Origin: Macrostomum lignano
Taxonomy: Eukaryota
Direction: 5' to 3'
Length of the DNA: 64,000 nt
Assembly (NCBI GenBank): GCA_002269645.1
Contig: NIVC01001834.1
Coordinates: 1-64,000 of the forward strand
In this document: one piece after another, positions 23,345-36,498 of the stretch
Position numbering within the stretch: the stretch's first letter is position 1
How the letters are laid out: each line of letters opens with the position of its first letter
Notes under the pieces: generated by a model
Database searches by the model: none
Told to the model about the DNA's origin: nothing
The model's input: only the letters and a program-made list of their open reading frames with translations
Position numbers and translations under genes: made by a program

Positions 23345-24846
23345 CATCAGGCTCATGCACATCAGGCTCGTACACATCAGGCTCATTCACATTAGGCTCA
23401 TACACATCAGGCTCGTACATATCAGGCTCATACACATCAGGCTCATACACATCAGGCTCATACACATCAGGCTCGTACATATCAGGCTCATACACATCAG
23501 GCTCATACACATCAGGCTCATACACATCAGGCTCGTACACATCAGGCTCATACACATCAGGCTCATACACATCAGGCTCATACACATCAGGCTCATACAC
23601 ATCAGGCTCATACACATCAGGCTCATACACATCAGGCTCATACACATCAGGCTCATACACATCAGGCTCATACACATCAGGCTCATACACATCAGGCTCA
23701 TCACATCAGGCTCATACAAATCAGGTTCATACACATCAGGCTCATGCACATTAGGCTCATACACATCAGGCTCATGCACATCAGGCTCATACACATGGGT
23801 GGTACACATCAGGCTGGTACACATTAGGCTGGTACACATTAGGTTGGTTCACATCAGGTTGGTACACATTAGCTTGATACACATCAGGCTGGTACACATC
23901 AGGCTGGTTCACATCAGGTTGGTACACATATGCTGGTACACATTAGGTTGGTACACATTAGGTTGGTACACATTAGGTTGGTACACATTAAGTTGGTACA
24001 CATTAGGGTGGTACACATTAGGTTGGTACACATTAGGTTGGTACACATCAGGGGTACACATTAGCTTGATACACATCAGGCTGGTACACATCAGGCTGGT
24101 TCACATCAGGTTGGTACACATATGCTGGTACACATTAGGTTGGTACACATTAGGTTGGTACACATTAGGTTGGTACACATTAAGTTGGTACACATTAGCG
24201 TGGTACACATTAGGTTGGTACACATTAGGTTGGTACACATCAGGGGTACACATTAGGTTGGTGCACATCAGGCTGGTACACATCAGGCTGGTACACATCA
24301 GGCTGGTACACATCGGGCTGGTACACATCAGGCTGGTACACATCAGGCTGGTACACATCAGGCTGGTACACATCAGGCTGGTACACATCGGGCTGGTACA
24401 CATCGGGCTGGTACACATTAGGTTGGTACACATTAGGTTGGTACACATCAGTTTGGTACACATCAGGTTGGTACACATTAGGCTTGTACACATCAGGCTG
24501 GTACACATCAGGCTTGTACACATCAGGCTGGTACACATTAGGCTTGTACACATCAGGCTGGTACACATCAGGCTGGTACACATTAAGGTTGATACACATC
24601 AGGCTGGTACACATCAGGCTGGTACACATTAAGGTTGATACACATTAGGCTTGTACACATCAGGCTGGTACACATCAGGCTGGTACACATCAGGCTGGTA
24701 CACATTAAGGTTGATACACATTAGGCTTGTACACATCGGGCTGGTACACATCAGGCTGGTACACATCAGGCTGGTACACATCAGGCTGGTACACATCAGG
24801 CTGGTACACATCGGGCTGGTACACATCAGGCTGGTACACATCAGGC
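23345..24846. repeat. 15-bp minisatellite (ACACATCAGGCTCAT then ACACATCAGGCTGGT)
   Basis: About 100 tandem units read directly. Confidence 0.95.
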
Positions 24847-25429
24847 AAACACGTGGGGATTTTTGACAGAAACTCTTGGACTATATGCGTCGATATCTTC
24901 ATAACTATTTTATTTAATAAACAGCATATTCTGCTGAATCCAGCGCAGTTAAGTTAAAGTGAGTTCCTGTTTTCGCCACGGCACGAGAGAATGACCGCAC
25001 TCGAAGTTCAAATCGCGAGTAGCGAGTGCTTCAACTTCCTGCATCCAAACTTTCTTCCTCTATAGAAAGGATTCGGATAGGCTTACTGGAGAGAACAGTC
25101 AGCTTATTTGTTCTGTGATCGGCTCCCTGCACGCAAGTCAAGCGAGTAGAGAACTTTTCAGTTGGATGGCTGTAGTTAGCACGGGGTAAGACAAACTTTC
25201 TTAACAGCTAGGATAGTTGCAAGACTAACAATTTTTACAAGTCTAGGGCATTATCGTCTGTCTCAAGCACTCGTGTCACACAGTTTTATTTTTTATCTTT
25301 CAAAAAAAAATCCAACAAATATTCCTGTTCAATATTTTCGCCATGGGGGTGGCTGTGCCAGGTTCTGGCTGATTGAAGGGGCGTGCAGTGCAATGTCTCT
25401 GGGCCTTGTCTTTGCAGGAGTCTGGTATC

Positions 25430-25735
25430 CCTTTCAATCAGCTTTGACGTCCCTTTCAATCAGCTTTGATGTCCCTTTCAATCAGCTTTGATGTCCATTT
25501 CAATCAGCTTTGAACGTCCCTTTCAATCAGCTTTGATGTCCATTTCAATCAGCTTTGAACGTCACTTTCAATCAGCTTTGATGTCCCTTTCAATCAGCTT
25601 TGACGTCCCTTTCAATCAGCTTTGACGTCCCTTTCAATCAGCTTTGACGTCCCTTTCAATCAGCTTTGACGTCCCTTTCGATCAGCTTTGACGTCCCTTT
25701 CGATCAGCTTTGACGTCCCTTTCGATCAGCTTTAA
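25430..25735. repeat. 22-bp minisatellite (CCCTTTCAATCAGCTTTGACGT)
   Basis: Tandem units read directly. Confidence 0.95.
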
Positions 25736-28515
25736 GGCCTCTTTAACAGTTGCTTCAAATTTTTAATAATGAGGCAACACTAAACTCGTTTAGCTGAATG
25801 CTGAATAAGAAAACTGTTTGTTACTTTACTTTACTGGCCAAAATTAGCCAAAAGCATGACACTATTCATTGCCAAAATTTGAACTGGTGATCATGATCGT
25901 GACAAACTGCTGTCTCAAGGCATCAATCAGCACAAAATGTCTGGGGCTTATTTGTGTACTTATTATATTCTAGCTACCGAAGCATTGTACGACTAATTCG
26001 GGATTATGGCCCGTTCGATTTTTCGGTTTGCCTTGCCTTGTAAAATAAGACTTTATAGTGCAGCTCTTTTGAAACCCACGGCGTAGTTAAACACAATTCT
26101 CAATCGCACAGGTGCGAAATTAGGCGAGAGGTCATGATTGAAGTGCATTAGAAAGTTAAGAGCCAGTCTTACGCTGCGATTCAAGTTACATGTTAGGCCA
26201 TGTCAAGGATAAATCTAACATGTTAACTGGGATCTGTTCCAGCTCGCTAAGTCGGCGGAGTCGGCGGAATGGGCAGTAATGCCTGTCGCCGGTTGTGTGA
26301 CAATGTCGCTTTAGAGTGCACCATGGTGCACACAGCTCCCCTTGTCTCAAATAAAATAGGCTTTAGCCACTGCCTCTATTTAGCAACCATTTCTATAAAC
26401 TCCACGATTTTCTGTTCCATCTATTCTAGAACTTCGCACACAGGACTTTCCCTTAGGGCTCCCTGTCGGCACATTCTAACCGACTATTACCTTTACATTA
26501 TACCGACGCACAGACGAGTATTCGACGTCATTATCCGTCCATGCAATATAATAATGCCTACTTGGCAGCGAAGTGTATCAACGTTGGGTACTACGGATGC
26601 GTTGGTGAGACGTCAGAATGTTGCACAGGTTTGAACTTTCAGGTTTGAACACAGTAACTGAGAGTCTTAAAGTCTTTTAGGTCGCTTAGAATCCTTTTTG
26701 CGGCTTTATGAGCGGACTGCATGAATTCCGAATTTGGAATCAAAGCAAAGAGACTCGCGTGTCGTATTCTAATTTGAAGTCTAGCTATCAATTTATTTGT
26801 CTAAACGCTATGTTAATTTCAGATCAGAGAGATTCACCAGCATTAGCTACCATTATATTTTTTGGTCTTTGAAGAGAGCTTTGTGAGTGAAATTATTTTC
26901 AAAGATGTACGTGTAAGCCATTATTTCAAAGCACCGCTTACTCCCAATTACAACGTTATACTTTGAAAAGAGGATGGACTGATGGACAAAAAGGAGAGGA
27001 GAAGGGAAGGAGAGAGAGTAGGAGAGAGCGTGGTTGCAGCCCAATGGTAAACCGCGTCTTGGTTCGATTCTGAGCACTGCCACAATCATTTGAGGCCTGT
27101 GTAAAAAAATTCATGGCCAGCGGATTGTCGTGCGGTTCATAAACGTGCGTGCGGTTCATATTGCAGGAGAAGAGATTGAAGTAGAGAGAGAAAGAGGTGA
27201 TGAGAAGGGATGACCGCTAAAGGTTGATATCAGCTTCGGATTTGAAAAAACAGGACCATAAGTATCAAGCCTGTCAGTCTTAAACGCCTTAGATAAATAA
27301 CACTTATCTAAGTAACACTTACCACTAGTCTAGTAGTCCTTGTACTAAGTATATATGCGCATACAATAGTACTCGTAGATCCGTCAGTAATCCTCGCTAA
27401 TCCCCTTGCTTTTGAGCACACATCGTCCATCAGGTTTTGGCTAGTGACTAACCGGTAGCGTACGATACCCCATACGCAATACTATTATTATTATTGGCAT
27501 TATTATGCCAGAATCACAGAAGAAGAACTCCAGCTGTCTCTGATCTTCATCAAAGAGGAATAATCTGGCAAGCGAGGCGAATCACGCGCACCCAGAGTTG
27601 GTCAGCTGAACGGGGAGGCACCGCGGAGGAGAGGGGATGTTGCAGTCCGTGCACCCCAGAGATTGGGTTTTTTGCGCGCGAACTCCCCTAGCTGCAGTTT
27701 AGATGTCTGAGACCGGTCCCATCTTTGAAGAAGCTTCATCTATGTGCGAGAGTGGAACTGAACTCTTTTTCACACTTCGCACTATCTCAATTTTGCCCAC
27801 TTTTTTTCTACAAAAATTCGGATCAAAAGCATAAATAAAGTGCAAGGATTATGGTAGTAATGTAATGGACTATATTGTTAATACTAAAATGGAAATCCTA
27901 TAGGACTAATACCTTTGCCTCTATCGCTGCTGGCTTTATCTAGAGGCTTACCCAGCCTCTCTAAGATAACAGTTTCCCTTCCTCCAGCTTTGGTGACGTC
28001 TGGCACGGCCTAAAAAATTCCCCGCTTCATCCGTCAGAATGCGGTCTAGCTAGCTGTCAGACTCAGGACAGCTTGGTGTGACGGTGGCAGCATAATTGTA
28101 TTGCCTGATTCCTGACGGCAGCAGTGCAGTGTGTGTGTGTGCTTAGAAGACTGGAGTGACCCGCACAAACAGACAGACAGCTCTTATTCACCTGACACCA
28201 GAAAAGGTTAAACGTACTTTGAAAACGACGTTAAGAAGCGCAAAACTGCTAAAGTTTACGACCTCTGGGGGTCGGTTCGCGGGTGCCGCTGTTTTGCAGT
28301 GTAGAATGAGGAATTCAAGTTCAGAGAGAGGTGAGGAGCCGGCAGTCGGAAAACGAATTGTCACATAGTTCGATACAGCTGCATTATCCTATGGTCGTAA
28401 ACAACTAGCGTTTGTTTAACGGCTATAGATAACTTTGAGCGAATGTCATTTGTGGGTGAGAGAGCCAGGAGTGAAAGAAGGAATGAAATATTGCTTTTGT
28501 CAGTTCTAAATGCGA

Positions 28516-29390
28516 CCATAGACAATCAAAGTGGGAATCTGCTACAGACCATGTGCTCGTCTCTGTGGCCTAAATGCCCTTGAAATCCGTGGGGCCATAG
28601 ACAATCAAAGTGGGAATCTGCTACAAACCATGTGCTCGTCTCTGTGGCCTAAATGCCCTTGAAATCCGTGGGGCCATAGACAATCAAAGTGGGAATCTGC
28701 TACAGACCATGTGCTCGTCTCTGTGGCCTGAATGCCCTTGAAATCCGTGGGGCCAAAGACAATCAAAGTGGGAATCTACTACATACCATGTGCTCGTCTC
28801 TGTGGCCTGAATGCCCTTGAAATCCGTGGGGCCATAGAAATCAAAGTGGGAATCTGCTACAGACCATGTGCTCGTCTCTGTGGCCTGAATGCCCTTGAAA
28901 TCCGTGGGGCCATAGACAATCAAAGTGGGAATCTGCTACAGACCATGTGCTCGTCTCTGTGGCCTAAATGCCCTTGAAATCCGTGGGGCCATAGAAATCA
29001 AAGTGGGAATCTGCTACAGACCATGTGCTCGTCTCTGTGGCCTGAATGCCCTTGAAATCCGTGGGGCCATAGACAATCAAAGTGGGAATCTGCTACAGAC
29101 CATGTGCTCGTCTCTGTGGCATGAATGCCCTTGAAATCCGTGGGGCCATAGACAATCAAAGTAGGAATCTGCTACAGACCATGTGCTCGTCTCTGTGGCC
29201 TGAATGCCCTTGAAATCCGTGGGGCCATAGACAATCAAAGTGGGAATCTGCTACAGACCATGTGCTCGTCTCTGTGGCCTGAATGCCCTTGAAATCCGTG
29301 GGGCCATAGACAATCAAAGTGGGAATCTGCTACAGACCATGTGCTCGTCTCTGTGGCCTGAATGCCCTTGAAATCCGTGGGGCCATAGAC
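28516..29390. repeat. 80-bp tandem repeat, about 11 copies (some 78 bp)
   Basis: Unit CCATAGACAATCAAAGTGGGAATCTGCTACAGACCATGTGCTCGTCTCTGTGGCCTGAATGCCCTTGAAATCCGTGGGG; no unique spacers. Confidence 0.95.
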
Positions 29391-30084
29391 CAATTTGTAG
29401 GTCTTGATACAGACAATCCAAGCGAAACTTTTTCTTGAAGAAACCCCATTGTTTTCTTTCATAACTTCTTGGTATGATCCTCACGACCTGGATATTTGGC
29501 TGTCTGTCTGGTCAGCCGTTTAAATCCGGCGGAGGCTTTGTTTACTTTCTAAAGTTGGCTACAGTGAGCAAACTGCTTAAATAAAGGTTAATTTATGCCG
29601 AGTGAAGAAGTAGCTTATAGTTAGCTTAATCGCTTAGTCTCTGATAAGCAGTCCAGCTGTCCTAATAATACCTGCAGACAGGCGGTCTAATCCTGCTGAT
29701 TGACGTGGCATGACAGTTTGAATTACAACGTACTTGCCTTAATTCATGTATCACAGCGAAGCTCTCTAAAGAAACTGTGAGCCTGCATAAATTAAAAAAC
29801 TAGTTTGCTGTGCTCAATTTTGCTGTCATTCATTCGTGTCTTCTTGTCATTTGTTTCGACCAGCCAGGTAAAGAAATACGAACTAATTGCTGACAGAAAA
29901 TTTAGACTCATCAATTTTTTTCAGCGCAACGAATTTGAAGCCGCAGTCCACTAACAAAGTACATCTAAGTAGTGAAATTTTGTGCCAATGATAACGGCAG
30001 GGTTGAGTTGTCGTTTATTGTAAATCCCCATTGCATGGGTGCAGCTGTTCATAGTCTATAGTTTTTTATTTCATTTATTTGCAA

Positions 30085-30395
30085 GATCGTTGCAGCCTAG
30101 TGGTCAGAGCGTCAGACTCACGACTTGAAGGTCGGGGTTTCGATTCACGACCCACTTTAAACAATGTGTGTCCTTGAGCAATACTCTGCTCCACTCTGCA
30201 TTGCTTCAGTTCACCCAGCTGTAAAATGGGTGCCAGCATTAGCTGGAGTAATTGAGGCTGTGTGTGGCGACCCCCCAGTCCTTGGACTGAACAGCCGTAC
30301 GCAGCCTTCAGATGCGCCGCGCAATAGCTGCGGCTGAGCTGTCGGTTGCACATCTGGCCCAATTGAGGCAGGTGTAATCAATTATTATTAATATT
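30085..30395 (+). mobile_element. tRNA-derived SINE family B
   Basis: Reverse complement of 22366-22674: head GCAGCCTAGTGG..GTTTCGATTC, shared body, ATTATTATT tail. Confidence 0.9.
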
Positions 30396-31199
30396 GCACT
30401 CGCACTGAAGTTAGAATGGCGTTCACGAGCACCTTCAGTCCTCGGGTCCTGTTTGATAGATTTTGAAACTGGCAAAGATTTCTTTAGCCCAAAGCTGTGC
30501 CTTCGCGTCCCCCAGCGAGATAATGCTCGTCGTTACATGTACATTTCGTCCTCACATCCAGAATCCAACTTAGTCCACTCGTACATGTTTTTCGCGACCA
30601 TCACTGCAGGTCCGTCGTCTGAACTTAAAGTTTGTTTCTTCGCCTCGTACCACTCATTCAACGTGGCTATCATTCACTCGCGTTTCTTCAAGGTGTTTGA
30701 CGAACGGGTTCCATGGATGAGCGCGTTACCTTTGTCCTTGCTTAGATTTTAAAAAAATATTGCGGCAGCCATTGAATTACTTTGCAGAAAATCTAGACTT
30801 GATAGCAGATTGACTTCTGAAACTTATTGATCTGCGTTAATTCCTCTAAACTGCCTCAAACGATGGCCATAGACAACGGAACATTTAAACAAAGCAAGTT
30901 GAATGTGCTAGGATTTCTGGCTCCTGATGCAATGAAGTTGGACCATAGACATCAAAACCGTTTTTTCGGTATAGTACGGCTTGTACCATTGTACCATTTA
31001 GCCTACGCATGTCCAAACGCTCAGCATCGCGCCATCAGCATCTGCGATTGTCTATAGCCAACCAATGTTATATGCAATCCAATTGCTTCCCATAGACTCA
31101 ATGGTTAGGCTGGGTGCCACTGAGCGGCCTATCGAGTGTATATAAGATCTATGGATAGAACCCTCAGTGAGATGTGCATAGTCTTAACTGTCCATGGAT

Positions 31200-31430
31200 T
31201 CTTCCAGAAACGAAATTCTCGTTGCTAACCGGTTGCCCTCCCACCTGTCTTTTCTGTCGCATAGGGGAGGAGACCGCGGAGCATTACGCCACCTTCTGGC
31301 CTCACTTCAATAAGGCGCGGCATAAACACCTCGGCCACCCCCAGTTGATGGATGAACTGACCATACCGGACAACATTCGTGATCTACGCGCCTTTGTCCG
31401 AGATACCGGCCGGATGGTTGGGGCTACGTG
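31200..31430 (+). mobile_element. 3' fragment of a non-LTR retrotransposon (C-terminal CCHC-like zinc knuckle)
   Basis: [14 protein letters not shown]...RHKHLG...[11 protein letters not shown] resembles the ORF2 C-terminus of RNase H-bearing (I/R1/LOA-type) LINEs. Confidence 0.65.
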
Positions 31431-31849
31431 CACTCCTTGGTTGAAATTTGATTTCTCTTACTTTGAAAGCGGTCTTTCGCGTCCCTGGGATTTCCCTAGG
31501 GAATCCCGGAATTACACTGCGATTTATATTGTCTATGGTCGCTTTGAAGATCAACAAGAAGCAAGACATATATTTGTTGTATGACTTTTTAAAATCCAAC
31601 GATTAAAATAAACAACGATAGAACAAGCCGATAGAAAAGAATACAATGCAGCCAATAACAATAAACTTTATAGGTCACTAATAATGCACTACTGTTGTTC
31701 AACGCAACAGATTGTCACCATGTTTCAAATTAGAACTCTCACTTGTAATAGACTTTGAACGTTCAGCCGCTGAAGGTTCCATGGAATCCGCCATTGGAAG
31801 CAGATGAAGCCGTGGTAACTGTAGCTGTACATGTGGTTTCAGCAATAGA

Positions 31850-32685
31850 CAGACTTGGCATCTTGAGGGCCATTCACTGGCGGCTCATGTCCAGCACTAC
31901 TCAACGCATTTGAAACGCGCGCCAGTTGGGACTCCTTCTTAGAGTATCGAATGTAGCGTTGCGTTGACACAACCGAGCGATGTCCTGTCAAATGCCCAAT
32001 GTCCTCCAGCGAGAAACCGGCATTGTGCAACTCGGTAACTACAGTTGCTCGAATGCAATGAGGTGTATACCTCCTTGATAGTCCAGCCTTCTCAGAAATG
32101 GTCTAATATTAATTGTGTCCAATCGGCTGCTTGGCAAAATATCACGATTCTACGGTAGGCCGAATGAAGACGACGCCGTACACGACACCTTCTCGTTGCT
32201 TAGCATTCGCGATCTTTTGCATGTAATCCTTGAAGCACGACACAGGGCAATCATGCAAGCCAGTAGCGACCATCAACACCTGTTTCGTATTCGTTTCCGC
32301 ATTCTCCAGGTGTCCACCATCTGTCTTTGTGGCCATTGGACGCAACTGTATAGCCTTTCGCCTATCAGCAGTGCTGATCTCCACGAAGAGATCAACCGTC
32401 AGGCGTCGTAGCTACTCCCTCGCACGCAGACCAAACAGGCTCATCAGATAGAAGTAGAACTCATGCTGTAGCTTTGCAGGTGTGCTCCGATCAAAATACT
32501 TTCGAAGTAACGTTAGATCTTCGTCTTCGATGGCACTGAACCTCTTCACTTTATCAACCATTCTCCAGAAACAGTCTAGCGGCAATCTTCAACATGTCGT
32601 TGGCTCTCTTGAAGAGTTGACTGGAGAGGATATCCACTCCACTTGACCGAAATAGAAGGCGATACCATCCGGCCCGGAAACAGCG
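31850..32685 (-). pseudogene. Decayed Crypton-like tyrosine recombinase
   Basis: Minus-strand reading through stops: DILSSQLFKRAND, IEDEDL..LRKYFDRSTPAKLQHEFYFYLMSLFGLRARE, CPV, PIGHN, ISEKAGLSRRYTPHCIRATVVTELHNAGF, TGHRSVVSTQRY. Confidence 0.75.
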
Positions 32686-32694
32686 CAATACTAT

Positions 32695-34700
32695 AGCAAT
32701 CCGGCCGAGTGGCAGGCGGAGTTGTGCAAGCTGGATCTCCCGCCCGGTCGGATGGCTTTTATCCTTGATGGCGTTGCTAGTGGCTTTCGCATCACCAATC
32801 GTCAGATGTGTGGCAACGCGCTGGTTGAGGTGGCAAACTACTCATCGGTTTTAAGCACCAAGACAGGGTCGCGCGTCAGATTGCTAATGAGCTTCGTCTC
32901 GGTCGTTATCGTCTCTGCGCTGTTGGTGACAAACCTCGCGTAGTCAGCGCCCTTGGTGCGCTGCCGAAATCCAACGGTGGCGTTCGCTTAATCCATGACT
33001 GCAGCCGGCCGCAAGGGAAGTCTGTCAATTCTGCTTACGAGAGCGAGCAGAGACTGCGTTTCACCTGTGTCCAGAACTTCGCTAAGAGGCTTAAGGAGAA
33101 TTACTTTATGTGCAAGGTCGATCTCAGCGAAGCCTATCGTTCATGTGGGATCCATCCTGACGACCACAAGTTTACCGGTTTGAAGTTTCGGCTAGGTAGC
33201 GATGCTTGCGACACCTACATGGTGGACACGCGCCTGCCATTTGGCGCTGCTGCTTCCGTCACGGCTTTCTATCATCTCAGCGAGGCGATCAAGTTGATGA
33301 TGGTGCACCGCGGTTTCGTCAATACTGAGGCCTATCTGGACGATTTTGCCTTTTTGCGGCTCGCAAAACGAGTGCGAGGCCTTCTTTAATGTGTTGATGT
33401 CGCTGATAGCTGCTCTGCTAGCCCAGAGGTGGAAGACTCTCTGGTTCAATAGCGATTTCGATGCCGCGATCGAGTCGGACGCCTGCCTGGTGGGCGGCGC
33501 AGCCGTGCTGCGGTTGCCGGGGGCGTGAGCGACTGGCGCTACGTTAATTGGGACCTCGACGCAGATGCTGTTTTTCGGGATCTGCTAATCAATTACAAGG
33601 AGGCTGTGATACCTCTGACGGCGTCGTTGTCGTGGCGGGACTGCCTGCACAACTGTCGGCTGTGCATCTACTGCGATAATATGGCAGCGTGCTGTATTAT
33701 CAACAATGGAGTCTCCAAGTGCCCTCTGGTGATGAGGCTGTTGCAGACGGTGGCGCTGCTTTGCATTCATTAGAACATTCGGCTGCGTGCTTATCGCGTG
33801 CCAGGGCCGTTTCAAATTTTTGCCGACGCCGCGTCTCGGCTGCATGAGGGCAGTCAGTTGTTGAATTTTTTGCTGTGCTATTATGGTTCATTGATGCGTC
33901 TCACCAATTGCTCGCTTGCCCGGCACACGCATTCTGCTGCAAAAGCTTTGGTCTCTGGTTGACAAGGGCGACAATCAGCAACTGCCCTGCTGGGCGGTCA
34001 ACATCACTGCCTGGTGGGGAATGCTGCGAAAATCGTCACTCCTTCGGTCGTCGCCTCAGTTGGGTAGTGGGATGAAGGTCCAAAATCTGGCACCTCACCG
34101 TTGCGGCCTCCTCTTAAGCGTGGACTTTGGCAAGACTATTCAGTTCCGAGATCGAGTCCATCACGTCCTGCTTCCGAAGTTCCCCGCCTGCCCCGCGCTC
34201 TGCCCGGTGGTGGCGATTTGCCGACATCTGTGTGTCAACAAGCTGGCGATGGCCAAGGCGCCACTCTGGTCCTTTATCAATCGTAATGGACAGCGGCGGC
34301 ATCTAGCTGCTCGGGACTTGGACCGGTTTCTTGACTCTAAGCTGCAGAGGGCTGGGTGTGGCGGCAAGCTCTACTCGGCTCACAGCCTGCGACGAGGTGG
34401 GGCCACCTGGGCAGCTCGCATGGGCCTGCCGGTGGCGGGGATCCAGCGGATCGGCGAGTGGAAGAGTTCGGCGGTGGAGCGCTACTTGCCCCACTCGGGT
34501 GTTGCCACTGCTGCGGCCTCTCTGCGTTTTTCTTCCGCCCTTAGTGCTCATTTTTGACGGTGGTCTTCCCGCTGGTTTGGTTTTTGCTCTGTGCCTAGCT
34601 GCTGGTCTTAGCCCCCGTTGTGTTTGGCTTTGGAGGCCTGCTTCGTTTCTGTGCCAAGTTCGCGTTTTAATGCCTTTGTTGCTGGGAGCACTAAATGGAT
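32695..34700 (+). mobile_element. Decayed, 5'-truncated DIRS-superfamily (Ngaro-like) tyrosine-recombinase retrotransposon: RT, RNase H, YR
   Basis: KVDLSEAYR, DTRLPFGA, YLDDF (33108..33389); RNase H-like IYCDNMAAC..INNG (33525..33773); YR ORF 33916..34557 with HSLRRGGAT and GEWKSSAVERY; many frameshifts. Confidence 0.85.
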
Positions 34701-35024
34701 AGTATGCTCGGTCAGAAACGAGCTGAAACGTCGATGAGACGAGTTCCAGCCCTCTACAGCCAATCAGTATTGATATATTCCACAGACTAATAAACTGAGC
34801 GAAACAGGTAATTTGCACTCCAATACAAGAGCGGGGCAAAGAAATGGCTGTTGGTCCAAGTTTCTCTGATTATTCTCCAATTCCCAATGGTGTTCCAGTG
34901 GGGCGATCCCTTACTGCAGTGCCAATTTCCGAATTTGGTTCCACGCGCCAGTCAGTGATCACACAAGAATTCCGTCCCGCTTCTGATCGCTTTCTCATAT
35001 TTGCCAGCCCTTCCTGCCTCTCCA

Positions 35025-35400
35025 TCTCTCTCTCTCTCTCTCTCTCCATGAGTCTCTCCTATCTCTCCATGAGTCTCTCCTATCTCTTCCTGAGTCCCTC
35101 CTATCTCTCCATGAGTCTCTCCTATCTCTCCATGAGTCTCTCCTATCTCTCCATGAGTCTCTCCTATCTCTCCCTGCGTCTCCTATCTCTCCATGAGTCT
35201 CTCCTATCTCTTCCTGAGTCCCTCCTATCTCTCCATGAGTCTCTCCTATCTCTCCATGAGTCTCTCCTATCTCTCCATGAGTCTCTCCTATCTCTCCATG
35301 AGTCCCTCCTATCTCTCCATGAGTCTCTCCTATCTCTCCATGAGTCTCTCCTATCTCTCCATGAGTCTCTCCTATCCCTCCCTGCGTCTCTCCTATCTCA
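35025..35400. repeat. (CT)n plus 22-bp minisatellite (CCATGAGTCTCTCCTATCTCT)
   Basis: Tandem units read directly. Confidence 0.95.
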
Positions 35401-35899
35401 GAATCTCACCTCATGTGAGATTCATTCAAGCTCTAGATATCATACATTCGACCATAAATTCTCTGAATTGAAGCGGATTTCCCTAGGGCTAAAAAAATTC
35501 TAACGCGACCAGTGAATTAATGTTTTACATGTTCGAGTACATCTGCATCAGTCTTAGAACACTAGGAGCTCCCTGTCTGCTGGTCGCCTCTAACCATGTT
35601 AATTAATCTAATTTGATTGCTCTTCAAAGGAGGAAAGAACCGGAAAGCAGCTCTTTATATAGTTTCATTTGTACCAGCTGTGCTTCCTCTTATGCTATCT
35701 TCAAAAGCCCAACCGACTAGATAGGTGAAATTTTTTAACACATTTCAATGCGTACTGACGACGAATGTTAATGTATATTTTGCTGAGTGCATAAGCCACA
35801 ACAAAAATTTACGAAAATAGCTGCTAGGCTATCGCGAACAGAAAGTGCGATCGATACTGCGATTAGATAAACATAAAAGACTAGATTTAGATTAACCCT

Positions 35900-36402
35900 A
35901 GTTATCACCGGACTGCACGCTGCCACCCCCTCCCCTCTCCAGTTATCATCGGACTGCACACCGCCACTCCCTCCCCTCCCCAGTAATCATCGGACTGCAC
36001 ACCGCCAACCCCTCCCCTCCCCAGTTATCATCGGACTGCACGCCGCCAACCACTCCCCTCCCCAGTTATCATCGAACTGCACGCCGCCACCCCCTCCCCT
36101 CTCCAGTTATCATCGGACTGCACACCGCCAACCCCTCCCCTCCCCAGTTATCATCGGACTGCACACCGCCAACCCCTCCCCTCCCCAGTTATCATCAGAC
36201 TGCACGCCGCCAACCACTCCCCTCCCCAGTTATCATCGGACTGCACGCCGCCACCCCCTCCTCTCCCCAGTTATCATCGGACTGCACATTGCCACCTCCT
36301 CCCCTCTCCAGTTATCATCGGATTGCATACCGCCACCCCCATACCTCCCTAGTTATCATCAGACTGCACACCGCCACTCCCTCCCCTCCCCGGTTATCAT
36401 CG
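35900..36402. repeat. ~40-bp minisatellite (AGTTATCATCGGACTGCACACCGCCAACCCCTCCCCTCCCC)
   Basis: About 12 tandem units. Confidence 0.9.
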
Positions 36403-36498
36403 GGCTTTAAAAAATCGCTTAGCAAGGAACAATACGAGCTGCACATAGAAAGCAAAAAAACAATTAGTTAATGTTGGACACGTAAGCCAAAGTCTTAG

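Noticed and set aside
23286-24957. Long repetitive ORFs (YEPDV, HIRLV, CTSLM)
   Set aside because: They are by-products of a 15-bp unit that is open in several frames on both strands; there is no unique coding context.
28516-29390. CRISPR array or tandem hammerhead satellite
   Set aside because: There are no unique spacers and the context is eukaryotic. CTGAATG...GAAA does not match the CUGANGA hammerhead core.
30400-30760. Interrupted minus-strand frame (NTLKK..TLNEW) vaguely like a Crypton N-terminus
   Set aside because: The similarity is too weak, and it lies on the wrong side of the recombinase fragment.
33916-34557. Phage or bacterial integrase (contamination or HGT)
   Set aside because: It directly follows RT and RNase H in the DIRS/Ngaro order, within animal DNA.
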